Shown one piece after another: positions 8,570-16,612 of a stretch of DNA of 20,000 nucleotides (position 1 is the first letter of the stretch; each line of letters begins with the position of its first letter). The notes under the pieces were generated by a model. That model saw only the letters and a program-made list of their open reading frames with translations. It was not told the origin of the DNA and made no database searches. Origin of the DNA: an uncultured virus (IMG/VR IMGVR_UViG_3300027374_000004) (lineage: Duplodnaviria > Heunggongvirae > Uroviricota > Caudoviricetes). The position numbers and the translations under genes were made by a program. The stretch lies in IMG/VR virus record IMGVR_UViG_3300027374_000004. The stretch is one strand, 5' to 3'.

Positions 8570-9112
8570 TTACTCCAATTCCCCGGGGATTTCATAATCC
8601 TCCGGGTAATTTCCGTCGCCGGCAGGACCATCCATTGAATCTTCAGGGAGGGCTTCCTCATCATCCATCAGATCTTCCAACGGCACACTGTTGTCCGGGA
8701 GATCCGAAGGAAGATTCGCAGCGCTCTCAATATCAGGCATATTGTCGATATCCAGCAGATGTTTTTCCATGACATTACGGAAAAAGAACCGCCACCAGTA
8801 CCGGCACATATTGACGAACAGGTTTTTCAGCTTGGCCAGCAGAGATTCACTGATGGTGAAATCCTCAGAGAATTTGTATGTAGGCTTGTCATCTCCCTCG
8901 TTGTAAAAGAACCGCAGGGAAGCGTTGACACTGGTATACTCGTTCTCTTTTTCCTCTTCCAGCAGAGACATTTGTCCATCAAAATCGCCTGAAGGCTTGA
9001 TGGTAAGGGAAATCGGGTAGCTGCTGCGGTGAAAAGTGTAGATCAGATTGTTTTCGTCGCAGATGTTCTGCAACTTCTTCTCGTAGATCTCAAATTGTGC
9101 CACTTCGTTCAT
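8570..9112 (-). CDS. Hypothetical protein with acidic C-terminal tail
   Basis: ATG 9112 follows GAAAGGAG; fits the operon. Confidence 0.8.
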   Translation of the reverse strand: MNEVAQFEIYEKKLQNICDENNLIYTFHRSSYPISLTIKPSGDFDGQMSLLEEEKENEYTSVNASLRFFYNEGDDKPTYKFSEDFTISESLLAKLKNLFVNMCRYWWRFFFRNVMEKHLLDIDNMPDIESAANLPSDLPDNSVPLEDLMDDEEALPEDSMDGPAGDGNYPEDYEIPGELE

Positions 9113-9133
9113 TTTGGTTGCTCCTTTCAATTT

Positions 9134-9646
9134 TCAGTGAAGAACCAGCAATGCACCATTCGGTGCAGTCTGGACCTTGTAATTTTGCAAATCTTGCTCT
9201 TTAACATACTTCCTGTCGAAATGTTCTTTCATGCTGTTCCAAACTGCCCAGGGAACCCGATATACCCCTCCGGATACAAAGCCCACAACCACATAGCAGC
9301 GAGCCCCCAAGGCCTCATTCTTGGTCATGTACTCAGCCTGTCCGGGTGTTACCCTATCCTGGGTCAAACGGTCCGTAAGGGTATATTTTGCCTCAATCAT
9401 GACCGCACGACCTCCCTTGATCACGCCTTTGTAGTCTGGTTGAGCTTTTTTTACATACACCGCCAGAAATCTACCATCTTTCAAATCCTTATAGGCCCTG
9501 ATCGGCTCTGGTGTCTTTTCGATGATTGCCAATCCGCAGGATTCATAATAGGCAAACGCAGCATCTAAACGCTGTTCAAACCGCTTTCCCATTGCCTTAT
9601 TTACCGCACCACGTCGGCGATAATCGGCCCTGGTGTCTGTTACCAT
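9134..9646 (-). CDS. recU: RecU-family Holliday junction resolvase
   Basis: GKRFE, IEKTPEP, PDYKG, IEAKYT motifs. Confidence 0.85.
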   Translation of the reverse strand: MVTDTRADYRRRGAVNKAMGKRFEQRLDAAFAYYESCGLAIIEKTPEPIRAYKDLKDGRFLAVYVKKAQPDYKGVIKGGRAVMIEAKYTLTDRLTQDRVTPGQAEYMTKNEALGARCYVVVGFVSGGVYRVPWAVWNSMKEHFDRKYVKEQDLQNYKVQTAPNGALLVLH

Positions 9647-10140
9647 TATGGCAACTCCTTTCTTGTGCTTCTCCCGAGCAAAGATGTGTTATTGGCCCTG
9701 AGCATTGCGCAATAAGCTCTCCTGAACCCCTCAATATTCCAAGAATCATCATTGTCAGTCAGATATTGGTAGCCTCCCATGGCGTCAATAACCATTTTTG
9801 CAGGAGATTCTGCCGGAAGACTCTTGTAGAAGCTCTCACAGGTGCCACCCAAAATTTGTTCGCTATTCAATGCCCAGAAGGTTTCCATGACGAACTCTCG
9901 CACCTCATCTTTGAACTCTTTGGCTTTGCCGATGAATTCTGCGATGGTAGGCGGATACTTTGACGATCTGCACAGTTTAAGTACGGCTTGCTTACCCGTC
10001 CAAAAATCAATATCTTCCGTGCAGGCTGTCCAAAGCTCTATCGTTGGTCCAAGAACCGAAATTCCACCTTTGAACATTTCAGCGTTAGGCCACGCCAGCA
10101 TCATCACGGAGAAGATTTCTGTCATTTCTTTTCGGGTCAC
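9646..10140 (-). CDS. Replicative helicase loader/inhibitor (SPP1 G39P-like N-terminal domain)
   Basis: AWPN...LW...DIDF...AV...SKYPPTIAEF pattern; directly downstream of the initiator. Confidence 0.72.
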   Translation of the reverse strand: MTRKEMTEIFSVMMLAWPNAEMFKGGISVLGPTIELWTACTEDIDFWTGKQAVLKLCRSSKYPPTIAEFIGKAKEFKDEVREFVMETFWALNSEQILGGTCESFYKSLPAESPAKMVIDAMGGYQYLTDNDDSWNIEGFRRAYCAMLRANNTSLLGRSTRKELP

Positions 10141-11057
10141 GTGTCATCACCAAACATTTCATGTAACTGCCGCAAATCGTCCATTGCAGAACTCTTCCTG
10201 CTCTTGTCTCGGTCATTGTCATAGTTCCCTTCCAAAATCTTCTGCCAGTTAGCTGGTTTCAGAATCCAGTCCAGAGAGCAGCCGGCCCATGTGCCGGAGC
10301 GCCCAGTCAGAAAATCGCTTCGCTCTATTTTTTTGCAGACATCACGAAACTCTTCCTGGCTTACTTTCTTGGATCGGAGAGCCTTTTTCCTTGCTTCTGT
10401 CCAGTTGACCGTTTTTTGAGGTTTTGGTAACGATGGGCAGTTCTCACAGAAGATCTCTCGATATTCGTCATAGGGAAAGGGATTCACGGTAGCCGCATCT
10501 TGCGGCGTTTCCTTTCCTTCCCCTACGACCCTATCTTTTTCTTTACTATCCTTACCTAACCTAGACTTACCTACCTTATACTTACCTAACCTATACTGTT
10601 GTGACATTTTGGCATCGCCTGGGTGACACTCGGGTGACACTTGGGCGTCATCTTGACGACATTCCGGAAAACCTTTGTCACCGTCCTCCGGAAGCTCAGG
10701 CACAACATCTACCGGGTGATCTGTATAAGCTCCGTCTGGCTTGAGGTAAAGAGTACTTTTTTCTTCTTGGTACAGAGTAGGCTTTATGCGCTCTTTGCGC
10801 AGAGCATTGGATATTCGCCAGTGTTTGATAACAATTACTCCGCTCTGGAAAGCTAAGACAAACCGTTTCGCTATCAAAAGCTTCAGGTCGTCATCTGCGG
10901 CCCCGATAAGCCTTTGTATGCGTTTAGGACTGCTGACAAAGCCTTCGTCGTCTGCCCGTATTCCAAGATGGAAATACAAAGCCTGTGCAGACAGTGGCAT
11001 ATCCAAAAAGGCGTCTGTGTCCACAATGACTTTAGCAAACATTCTGCGTTCCGCCAC
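10137..11057 (-). CDS. Phage replication initiator / replisome organizer
   Basis: N-terminal AERRMFAK..DAFLDMPLSAQALYFHL, C-terminal DWILKPANWQKILEGNY, internal repeats; AAGGAGGT RBS. Confidence 0.88.
   Translation of the reverse strand: MAERRMFAKVIVDTDAFLDMPLSAQALYFHLGIRADDEGFVSSPKRIQRLIGAADDDLKLLIAKRFVLAFQSGVIVIKHWRISNALRKERIKPTLYQEEKSTLYLKPDGAYTDHPVDVVPELPEDGDKGFPECRQDDAQVSPECHPGDAKMSQQYRLGKYKVGKSRLGKDSKEKDRVVGEGKETPQDAATVNPFPYDEYREIFCENCPSLPKPQKTVNWTEARKKALRSKKVSQEEFRDVCKKIERSDFLTGRSGTWAGCSLDWILKPANWQKILEGNYDNDRDKSRKSSAMDDLRQLHEMFGDDT
10551..10664. repeat. Putative phage origin: three 15-bp repeats (CTTACCTAACCTAGA-like) and 11-bp-phased GTGACA-type iterons
   Basis: 15-mers at 10551, 10566, 10581; GTGACA at 10601, 10623, 10634, variants at 10645 and 10656. 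Confidence 0.7.
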
Positions 11058-11069
11058 GCTACCACCTCC

Positions 11070-11530
11070 TTAGAACGGCAGATCATCGTCGTCATGCAGA
11101 ATCTCCTCAAAATCATCACTGCTTTCGCTGGGGTAAGCAGAAGATGAATCGCTGGATACCGGGTGCTGCTCTGAGGGAGTTTCAGAACTCTGCCGCTGGC
11201 CTTCGCCCTGCTTGTCTCCGGCAAAGCTAAAACATAATTGGCTTTGATTTCGACCGCTTTGCGCTTATTTCCCTGCTTGTCCTCGTACATTCGTGTTTGT
11301 ATTTCTCCGGCTACACCTATCATTTTTCCTTTTGAGAAATGCCTGCACACAAAATCAGCGGTACTCCGCCAGGCCACCACGTCGATAAAATCAGCCTGCC
11401 GCTCTTGCCTCCGCGGAACATAGTTCCTGTCTACCGCCACGGAGAACGAACAGACAGAAACTCCGTTTTGTGTGGTTTTTAATTCTGGGTCAGCTGTCAG
11501 CCGCCCCATGATCGCAACGACGTTAAGCAT
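11070..11530 (-). pseudogene. ssb: Single-stranded DNA-binding protein, frameshifted near 11229-11232
   Basis: MLNVVAIMGRLTADPEL OB fold; the acidic tail ...HDDDDLPF* (stop 11070-11072) is in another frame; span is 461 nt. Confidence 0.85.
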
Positions 11531-11741
11531 CTGCTTTCCCGCCTTTCTTTGGGAACACATAGGCTGCCGTAGTGCAAATCGCAAACGATGTATCGTTGTC
11601 ATGGTACGCATTGCGCAATACCATGAGCTCAGTTTCGGCACGCACAAGCTGTTCAAACCTTGATGCAGGAATGGTCACCAAATCTTCTCTTTCCTGTGGT
11701 TCCATATTCTGGGTCGGATTATTTTTGCAATGAACATTCAT
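11523..11741 (-). CDS. Hypothetical protein (72 aa)
   Basis: GAGGT RBS before ATG 11741; overlaps the ssb start. Confidence 0.65.
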   Translation of the reverse strand: MNVHCKNNPTQNMEPQEREDLVTIPASRFEQLVRAETELMVLRNAYHDNDTSFAICTTAAYVFPKKGGKADA

Positions 11742-11776
11742 ATTGCTACCTCGTTTCATAGATTATTTACACATCT

Positions 11777-12286
11777 TCATTGTTCGGGGATGTCTATAAC
11801 GATTCCCAACTCTTGTGCCTCAGCAATAGCGCCGTCAATCAGATCTGACATCTCAGCTGTAGTCATATCCCGGGTACGCTTATACAGTTTGTAGCAGGCA
11901 AAGCGTATTCCGTTCTCCACTCGTGAATCAAACTGAACAGCGTATGGGTATATTTTGGTGACATCGGTGTTTTCCGGCAATTTGATACCCATCACACTTC
12001 CGTCATCATTTCGAGCTAAAACGCCATATTGGCAGACAAGCCAGATCTTTGCAGCGTCCTCGCTCATTTTTGACTTCCGGGCAATCTGATTGAGTAGGGT
12101 ATGGAAATAGGCATTGGACTTATTGGATCGCTTTTCTCGGTGCTGATTTATCTCCACGTCCAGCTCCTTGCCGTGGAGGTGATCAAATTCCTCACGAAAA
12201 TCCGCATCAACTTCCACGGTAAGACGCTGTTTGCCATTCAGACCGACACTCATATCGATAAGGCGGCCTGTCATAGAGATTTCCAC
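11777..12286 (-). CDS. NinB/Orf-like recombination protein
   Basis: KRSNKSNAYFH and TRDMTTAEMSDLID..IAEAQELGI. Confidence 0.7.
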   Translation of the reverse strand: MEISMTGRLIDMSVGLNGKQRLTVEVDADFREEFDHLHGKELDVEINQHREKRSNKSNAYFHTLLNQIARKSKMSEDAAKIWLVCQYGVLARNDDGSVMGIKLPENTDVTKIYPYAVQFDSRVENGIRFACYKLYKRTRDMTTAEMSDLIDGAIAEAQELGIVIDIPEQ

Positions 12287-12882
12287 TTAGCCCTGTAAAG
12301 GCTCATCAGGTCTGTACTTTCGAGCCACTGCAGGAAATCTGCAATGATAGGGTAAATGCTGGGAGTTTCTTCCCTCCGGTATGTTTCCTGCCAGACCTCC
12401 GATCCATTGCTGATAAGGTATGTGAAGTCCTGCGCTTCCGGTACCAGTTCCAGATATACCGGGTGCTGAGTGCTAGAAACATACTTGCCTCGGTCATACC
12501 CTTTGGAGAATTTAATATCGTAAATGTGACCAGATTTGAGTGCGTCCAATCTGCCATATAACACAAGATCCATTCCCGATACAGAAACTTGCTTGCTGGC
12601 TTTGTGCTGCAGAGAACCGTTCTGCACAATTCTGGCTATCTTCTCCGCGGCTTCATACCAGCGGTTTCCGAGATCTCCGTAGCCCTTGGTGATATCTGTG
12701 ACCAAATTCTCGAAGTCAATACCATTTTGCATGGCTTCGTTCGATGTTGTAGGTTCACGCCGCAGCGTGACAAGAAATTCTTCCATGGGATCGAATTCTG
12801 TAGTCAAATCCTCATAGGGATTTTCTTTCATGAGATACAACCAAGAGGACAAAAGGGAATGTGTCAAGAGATAGCTATCCAT
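12271..12882 (-). CDS. PD-(D/E)XK nuclease-like protein
   Basis: G.DFE, GRLDAL..IYDIK, QH..Y motifs; next to the Sak4-like ATPase. Confidence 0.65.
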   Translation of the reverse strand: MDSYLLTHSLLSSWLYLMKENPYEDLTTEFDPMEEFLVTLRREPTTSNEAMQNGIDFENLVTDITKGYGDLGNRWYEAAEKIARIVQNGSLQHKASKQVSVSGMDLVLYGRLDALKSGHIYDIKFSKGYDRGKYVSSTQHPVYLELVPEAQDFTYLISNGSEVWQETYRREETPSIYPIIADFLQWLESTDLMSLYRAKWKSL

Positions 12883-13862
12883 CAGGATTCCCCCTCGGCG
12901 GTGGACTGCGGCTCTTCTGTAGGCTCGGGATTCGGCTCAAAATAGAGCTTTGCCTCTTTGTCGTACACCAGATTGAGTGCTGAGATACGATCACGGAACA
13001 GATCTTTCAGTTCTCGCTCAGATGTGAGGGCATGCTGGATTTCTTTCATTTTCCCGCCAGCAATGTTTGCCGTTTCTGCACTGACAATAGAATTGATAAT
13101 CTCCCGGCCGGCAGTCATGGCGATATCGTACAGTGCCTGCATCTCTTCATTCTTCTGAACTTCCTGCGCTGCCGCTGAATTGTACTGGTCAAACAGTTTA
13201 GTCAGGAAATCATTGGGAGCAGTAGGGGAAAGGGCGGGAATTTTGTGTTTCCCGTAAACACCACGGGTGCCCTTGGCGAAGTACCGTTCGCAGTTGGAAA
13301 ATCCGATGGTGTGGTTGTTGCCTTCCATTTCCACAAACCCGCCCAAGTCCATAGGTTCCCAGACGTTGTTTTTGGTCTGCCCTTCAACTTTGATACGAAG
13401 ACGGGTATTGTCGCCGTCCTTTTCTTCTGTGGCGTGGAATACGATGACGATATGTTTTTGAAGCTCGTAGAAGCAGTAATCCATCAGGCGGACGAACTCC
13501 TTGCCTACAGCGCCGTACCCCTTGAGAGACAGGCTTCCATCACGCTGGCCATACTTCGGATCTTTCTTGATTGCCCAAAGGGACATCAGAGAAATCAGCT
13601 TGCCTCCGGTATCAAAAACCAGCGTGTCAAAGTCCTTGACATTTTCCGGGGTCAAATCTGCCAGGATCTCGTCGTAGTCCTTGGGTTGGATATAGGGCTT
13701 GCGGTAACGTGGTTCAATTCGGTCAATGCCAAAGTCCACATCGATATGTAAGGGATTGGGGGCAGACAGCGCCAGTGTGGATTTTCCTATGCCAGGGTAT
13801 CCGGCAATCAGGATTCGGATTTTTTTGTTGCCTTCTTTTATGTCGTTGGGATTTCTGATCAT
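12882..13862 (-). CDS. AAA_24 / Sak4-like ATPase (single-strand annealing recombinase)
   Basis: Walker A GYPGIGKS, Walker B LVFDT, IVFH; context with nuclease and SSB. Confidence 0.8.
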   Translation of the reverse strand: MIRNPNDIKEGNKKIRILIAGYPGIGKSTLALSAPNPLHIDVDFGIDRIEPRYRKPYIQPKDYDEILADLTPENVKDFDTLVFDTGGKLISLMSLWAIKKDPKYGQRDGSLSLKGYGAVGKEFVRLMDYCFYELQKHIVIVFHATEEKDGDNTRLRIKVEGQTKNNVWEPMDLGGFVEMEGNNHTIGFSNCERYFAKGTRGVYGKHKIPALSPTAPNDFLTKLFDQYNSAAAQEVQKNEEMQALYDIAMTAGREIINSIVSAETANIAGGKMKEIQHALTSERELKDLFRDRISALNLVYDKEAKLYFEPNPEPTEEPQSTAEGES

Positions 13863-13876
13863 GGTGAATGCTCCTT

Positions 13877-14137
13877 TCAGTCCATCTGTTCTCGGTTGAT
13901 GGTAACCGTGATTTTTTCATGGCAGCGGAAACCAAAATTTCCGCAAGCGAACATTCTTGTATTCCGAAACGATGCTTCATCGTAGTGTGATGTACAGTTT
14001 AACAGGCCACTGGTTTGGTCCGGGTGATACATTCGGAACACGGTGCAGGCGAGGCTTCTATTGGGCGCCTCAATCTCTGTCCAGCCTCCATAAAATGCGT
14101 GACCGGAGGTGCCATAGGTGAAGTAGAATTTGCTCAT
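13877..14137 (-). CDS. Hypothetical protein (86 aa, MSKFYFTYG...)
   Basis: ATG 14137 follows GAGGGGTGA; 4 nt downstream of the previous stop. Confidence 0.75.
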   Translation of the reverse strand: MSKFYFTYGTSGHAFYGGWTEIEAPNRSLACTVFRMYHPDQTSGLLNCTSHYDEASFRNTRMFACGNFGFRCHEKITVTINREQMD

Positions 14138-14141
14138 GCAC

Positions 14142-14414
14142 TCACCCCTCAAAAGCAACGCCGCATTCTTCAAGCAAGTCCAAAAACCGGTCCTGGAATG
14201 TTTGAGTATTCTTTGCAGGCTGTTCGTTCGCATTGATTTCAAATCCATGCCGCTCCAAACATTCCCTGCAAATATCAATGCGCAGCGGAGTGTAGTATGA
14301 TCCGGTTTCTCGGAAAATACGGATTTTTCCGGTGTCTCTGACTTCAAACGAAGCCATATCGTTTGCTTCCTTCTCCTTTCCACATACGTCACAGTAGGTC
14401 TTGGTCTTGGTCAT
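14142..14414 (-). CDS. Small zinc-binding hypothetical protein
   Basis: CDVC...CREC; AAAGGAG RBS. Confidence 0.75.
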   Translation of the reverse strand: MTKTKTYCDVCGKEKEANDMASFEVRDTGKIRIFRETGSYYTPLRIDICRECLERHGFEINANEQPAKNTQTFQDRFLDLLEECGVAFEG

Positions 14415-14429
14415 TTCGATTTGCTCCTT

Positions 14430-14978
14430 TCAAATTTGCTCGGTAGCCAGGTATTGGCGTACTTTTTGAGAGATCCATTCCTGAGTGGTAATTCCATCAG
14501 CCCGTAAACGCTGTTGCAACGCCCCATAGTCCTCATTTGAGAGGCGGCAGGTGATACGACACTTCAAGCGGTGTTCGTAGCTCTTACGGGGCGTTTGCGG
14601 CCCATTTCCGGCCGGAGGCTCGTCATCTTTCATTTGCCGGCCAAATACATCATTCAGTGCCACTATAGCGTCTGGCCTGAGGGTAATCCCGTATTCCTCT
14701 CCACGCTCACATTTGCTTTGGAGGGTTTTGTCGTATTTGGGATAAAGCCTCTTTACCGTCAAAACCATTTCCTTGGCAGAAGCGCCGCTTTCCTGCCGGA
14801 GACTTCTCAGGTTGAAGTCCTTGACAGCCGGCGCCGGGACTGATAGAATAACACTGTGTTCTTTTGTTTGGGGTCGTTCCGGGTCAAGCGGAGCGGCCTC
14901 TTTCTTTTTTCGCTGACAATCGCAGAGTTCCCCCGGATCGAGGTTGGCGCCACAATGAAGGCAAGTTTTGAAAATCAA
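14430..14978 (-). CDS. Hypothetical DNA-binding protein: N-terminal CxxCGANLDPGExCDC, central HTH-like part, C-terminal RHH-like part
   Basis: ORF track; TTG start overlaps the upstream TGA. Confidence 0.7.
   Translation of the reverse strand: MIFKTCLHCGANLDPGELCDCQRKKKEAAPLDPERPQTKEHSVILSVPAPAVKDFNLRSLRQESGASAKEMVLTVKRLYPKYDKTLQSKCERGEEYGITLRPDAIVALNDVFGRQMKDDEPPAGNGPQTPRKSYEHRLKCRITCRLSNEDYGALQQRLRADGITTQEWISQKVRQYLATEQI
14821..14849 (+). promoter_or_regulatory. sigmaA-type promoter antisense to the early operon
   Basis: TTGACA-17bp-TAGAAT with extended -10 (TGn). Confidence 0.75.
14856..14910 (+). ncRNA. Putative ~55-nt antisense small RNA ending in an intrinsic terminator (hairpin 14870-14900)
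   Basis: GGGGTCGTTCCG/CGGAGCGGCCTC 12-bp stem with G-U pairs that form only on +, then TTTCTTTTTT. Confidence 0.6.
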
Positions 14979-15349
14979 CTCTCATCACCGCCCCCAAAGG
15001 ATTTGATCCAATCGGTAGCCTGCTTGGAAATCTCTGCCGCCTCTTCGTCAGATAAGCCCACGATATCCGGCTCGCCGTTCTCGTACCCGTCTTTCATGAT
15101 GATGATGTTTCCCACGATGGGGCTGCCATGAATTTGGGTTCGGTAAAGAAAGCTTCCGTAAGCGTTCATGGGCAATCCCATCAGAAGTCCTTCCTCATTG
15201 CACAGTAAGCAGTAGGGTCTTTTCAGGCCTCCGGGCCAAACATGCTCCATGTACCCGCCGAGGATCTCCTTGGCACCCTGGAACAGGGGTTCTGAAAGCT
15301 CTACCGGGTAAACTTTGTTGTCCGTGGTGATTACTACTCCTTTTTTCAT
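14975..15349 (-). CDS. DUF3846-like protein
   Basis: LGGYME.V, CNEEGLL.GLP.N, IVGNIII. Confidence 0.75.
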   Translation of the reverse strand: MKKGVVITTDNKVYPVELSEPLFQGAKEILGGYMEHVWPGGLKRPYCLLCNEEGLLMGLPMNAYGSFLYRTQIHGSPIVGNIIIMKDGYENGEPDIVGLSDEEAAEISKQATDWIKSFGGGDES

Positions 15350-15361
15350 GTTTTGCTCCTT

Positions 15362-15619
15362 TCAATTTTTTAGGGAATTTTCGGGCAGTTCTCTTGATAT
15401 CACCCCCTCTCTGCTGTTAGGATATACGATGCGCCCCCTTGCAACGGGAGGCTCATACTTCCTTTTGATCTTTCGCACCTTCACAGGCGGCGGAAGCCTG
15501 TCCGGGTCAGATATCTTTGCCAGCCACCGTTCCAACCGATATACTGTCAAAATCAGTACGCCTATTGCCAGGAACACAATTCCGGCAAATCCCCAAACTT
15601 CATTCGCCGTTTTCCTCAA
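15362..15619 (-). CDS. Small single-pass membrane protein
   Basis: N-terminal hydrophobic helix; start overlaps the upstream stop. Confidence 0.6.
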   Translation of the reverse strand: MRKTANEVWGFAGIVFLAIGVLILTVYRLERWLAKISDPDRLPPPVKVRKIKRKYEPPVARGRIVYPNSREGVISRELPENSLKN

Positions 15620-15873
15620 CTCCTTTCCCGTCCGAATATGGCAAGGATTTGACTATCAGACCAGTGGAGGGTATTGAACAACTTACGTAATTCCCTCAGC
15701 TGGAAAGAGCCGGGATTCTTCACTCGGGTATACACCGTGTTTACATGGACGTTCAGGATCGGCGCCAGCTCCTTATAGTCGTCTGTGCCTTTTTCCATCA
15801 GCAGGGTTCCTTTGATCCCTGCCCTAACACTGTCATCAGCTCGATCCTGAACGCTCTTTCTCAGTTTTGGCAC
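15616..15873 (-). CDS. Small HTH DNA-binding protein
   Basis: KELAPILNVHVNTVYTRVKNPGSF.LREL; AAAGGAG RBS. Confidence 0.72.
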   Translation of the reverse strand: MPKLRKSVQDRADDSVRAGIKGTLLMEKGTDDYKELAPILNVHVNTVYTRVKNPGSFQLRELRKLFNTLHWSDSQILAIFGRERS

Positions 15874-15930
15874 ACAAATTTACTCCTTTCAAATGCTCTT
15901 TAAGAGCACCACAGCGAGACATTTAAGGTC

Positions 15931-16209
15931 TCACCCCATCAGCAGATAGGCGACGACGACGCCCAGGATAATTGCCATACCCACGACAGCAATCAGCAGT
16001 CCCGTCAAATAGCTGCGTACCTCAAGACTATCCTCTATACACCACCTGCGAATCCGGTCACAATTTTCACGATTTTCTTGACTTAGCTTCTGGAAGGTTT
16101 TTATGAGATCGTCCATTTTCGCAGAAGCATCTTTGTAGGCCATTTCGTAGTGATCTATGGTGGCATTTTTGGTATCATTCTCACCAGACAAGGGGCACTT
16201 AAATTCCAT
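15931..16209 (-). CDS. Small protein with C-terminal transmembrane helix
   Basis: AAGGAGGTGA RBS; hydrophobic C-terminus. Confidence 0.75.
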   Translation of the reverse strand: MEFKCPLSGENDTKNATIDHYEMAYKDASAKMDDLIKTFQKLSQENRENCDRIRRWCIEDSLEVRSYLTGLLIAVVGMAIILGVVVAYLLMG

Positions 16210-16240
16210 TTAATTCACCTCCTTGTTTTCGTCTAAACAT

Positions 16241-16444
16241 TTAGACGTTTTCGGTAAAAAAAAGATCTGCTACTGTTGTGCCAAGAGCTTTTGCAATTTT
16301 TGCAAGGGTTTTGGTAGTCGCCTCTTTAGAATCATCGTTTTCGATCATAGAAATTGTTTGACGACTCACGCCACTTCGCTCGGCAAGTTCTTCTTGGGAC
16401 ATTTTTTTTGCCTTACGAAATTCCTTGATTTTGTATCCCATCAA
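16241..16444 (-). CDS. Cro-like XRE HTH regulator
   Basis: MSQEELAERSGVSRQTISMIEN; divergent from the repressor. Confidence 0.92.
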   Translation of the reverse strand: MMGYKIKEFRKAKKMSQEELAERSGVSRQTISMIENDDSKEATTKTLAKIAKALGTTVADLFFTENV

Positions 16445-16483
16445 ATTCCCACCTCCGTTCCGTCTAAATGTTTTGACATTTTA

Positions 16484-16512
16484 ATAATACAGCCGGCTCC
16501 TGCTGTTGTCAA
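16484..16512 (-). promoter_or_regulatory. Early (cro) promoter
   Basis: TTGACA-17bp-TATTAT on the minus strand. Confidence 0.75.
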
Positions 16513-16553
16513 GTGCTTTTTACAGATTCTGTCAAAAATTTTTTACATTCCCC

Positions 16554-16582
16554 TTGACAACGCCATATCTACAATGTAAAAT
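16554..16582 (+). promoter_or_regulatory. Repressor promoter
   Basis: TTGACA-17bp-TAAAAT. Confidence 0.75.
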
Positions 16583-16612
16583 CTTATTGTCAAGTAGAAA
16601 GAGGGGGAGCAC

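Larger units (their letters stand above)
16230..16547. promoter_or_regulatory. Four related 18-bp palindromic operators
   Basis: CGTCTAAACATTTAGACG (16230), CGTCTAAATGTTTTGACA (16461), TGTCAAGTGCTTTTTACA (16507), TGTCAAAAATTTTTTACA (16530). Confidence 0.72.

Noticed and set aside
10883..11656. 257-aa SSB as listed in the ORF track
   Set aside because: Artefact of an upstream alternative start plus the frameshift; overlaps both neighbours
14138..14392. N-terminal half of the 171-aa ORF 13877-14392
   Set aside because: Overlaps the better-supported 14142-14414 gene in another frame; the RBS supports ATG 14137
132..15677. Long plus-strand ORFs (e.g. 137-922, 2424-3191, 3860-4873, 7089-7829, 9029-9568, 13245-13751)
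   Set aside because: Antisense shadows of well-supported minus-strand genes, with no recognisable motifs
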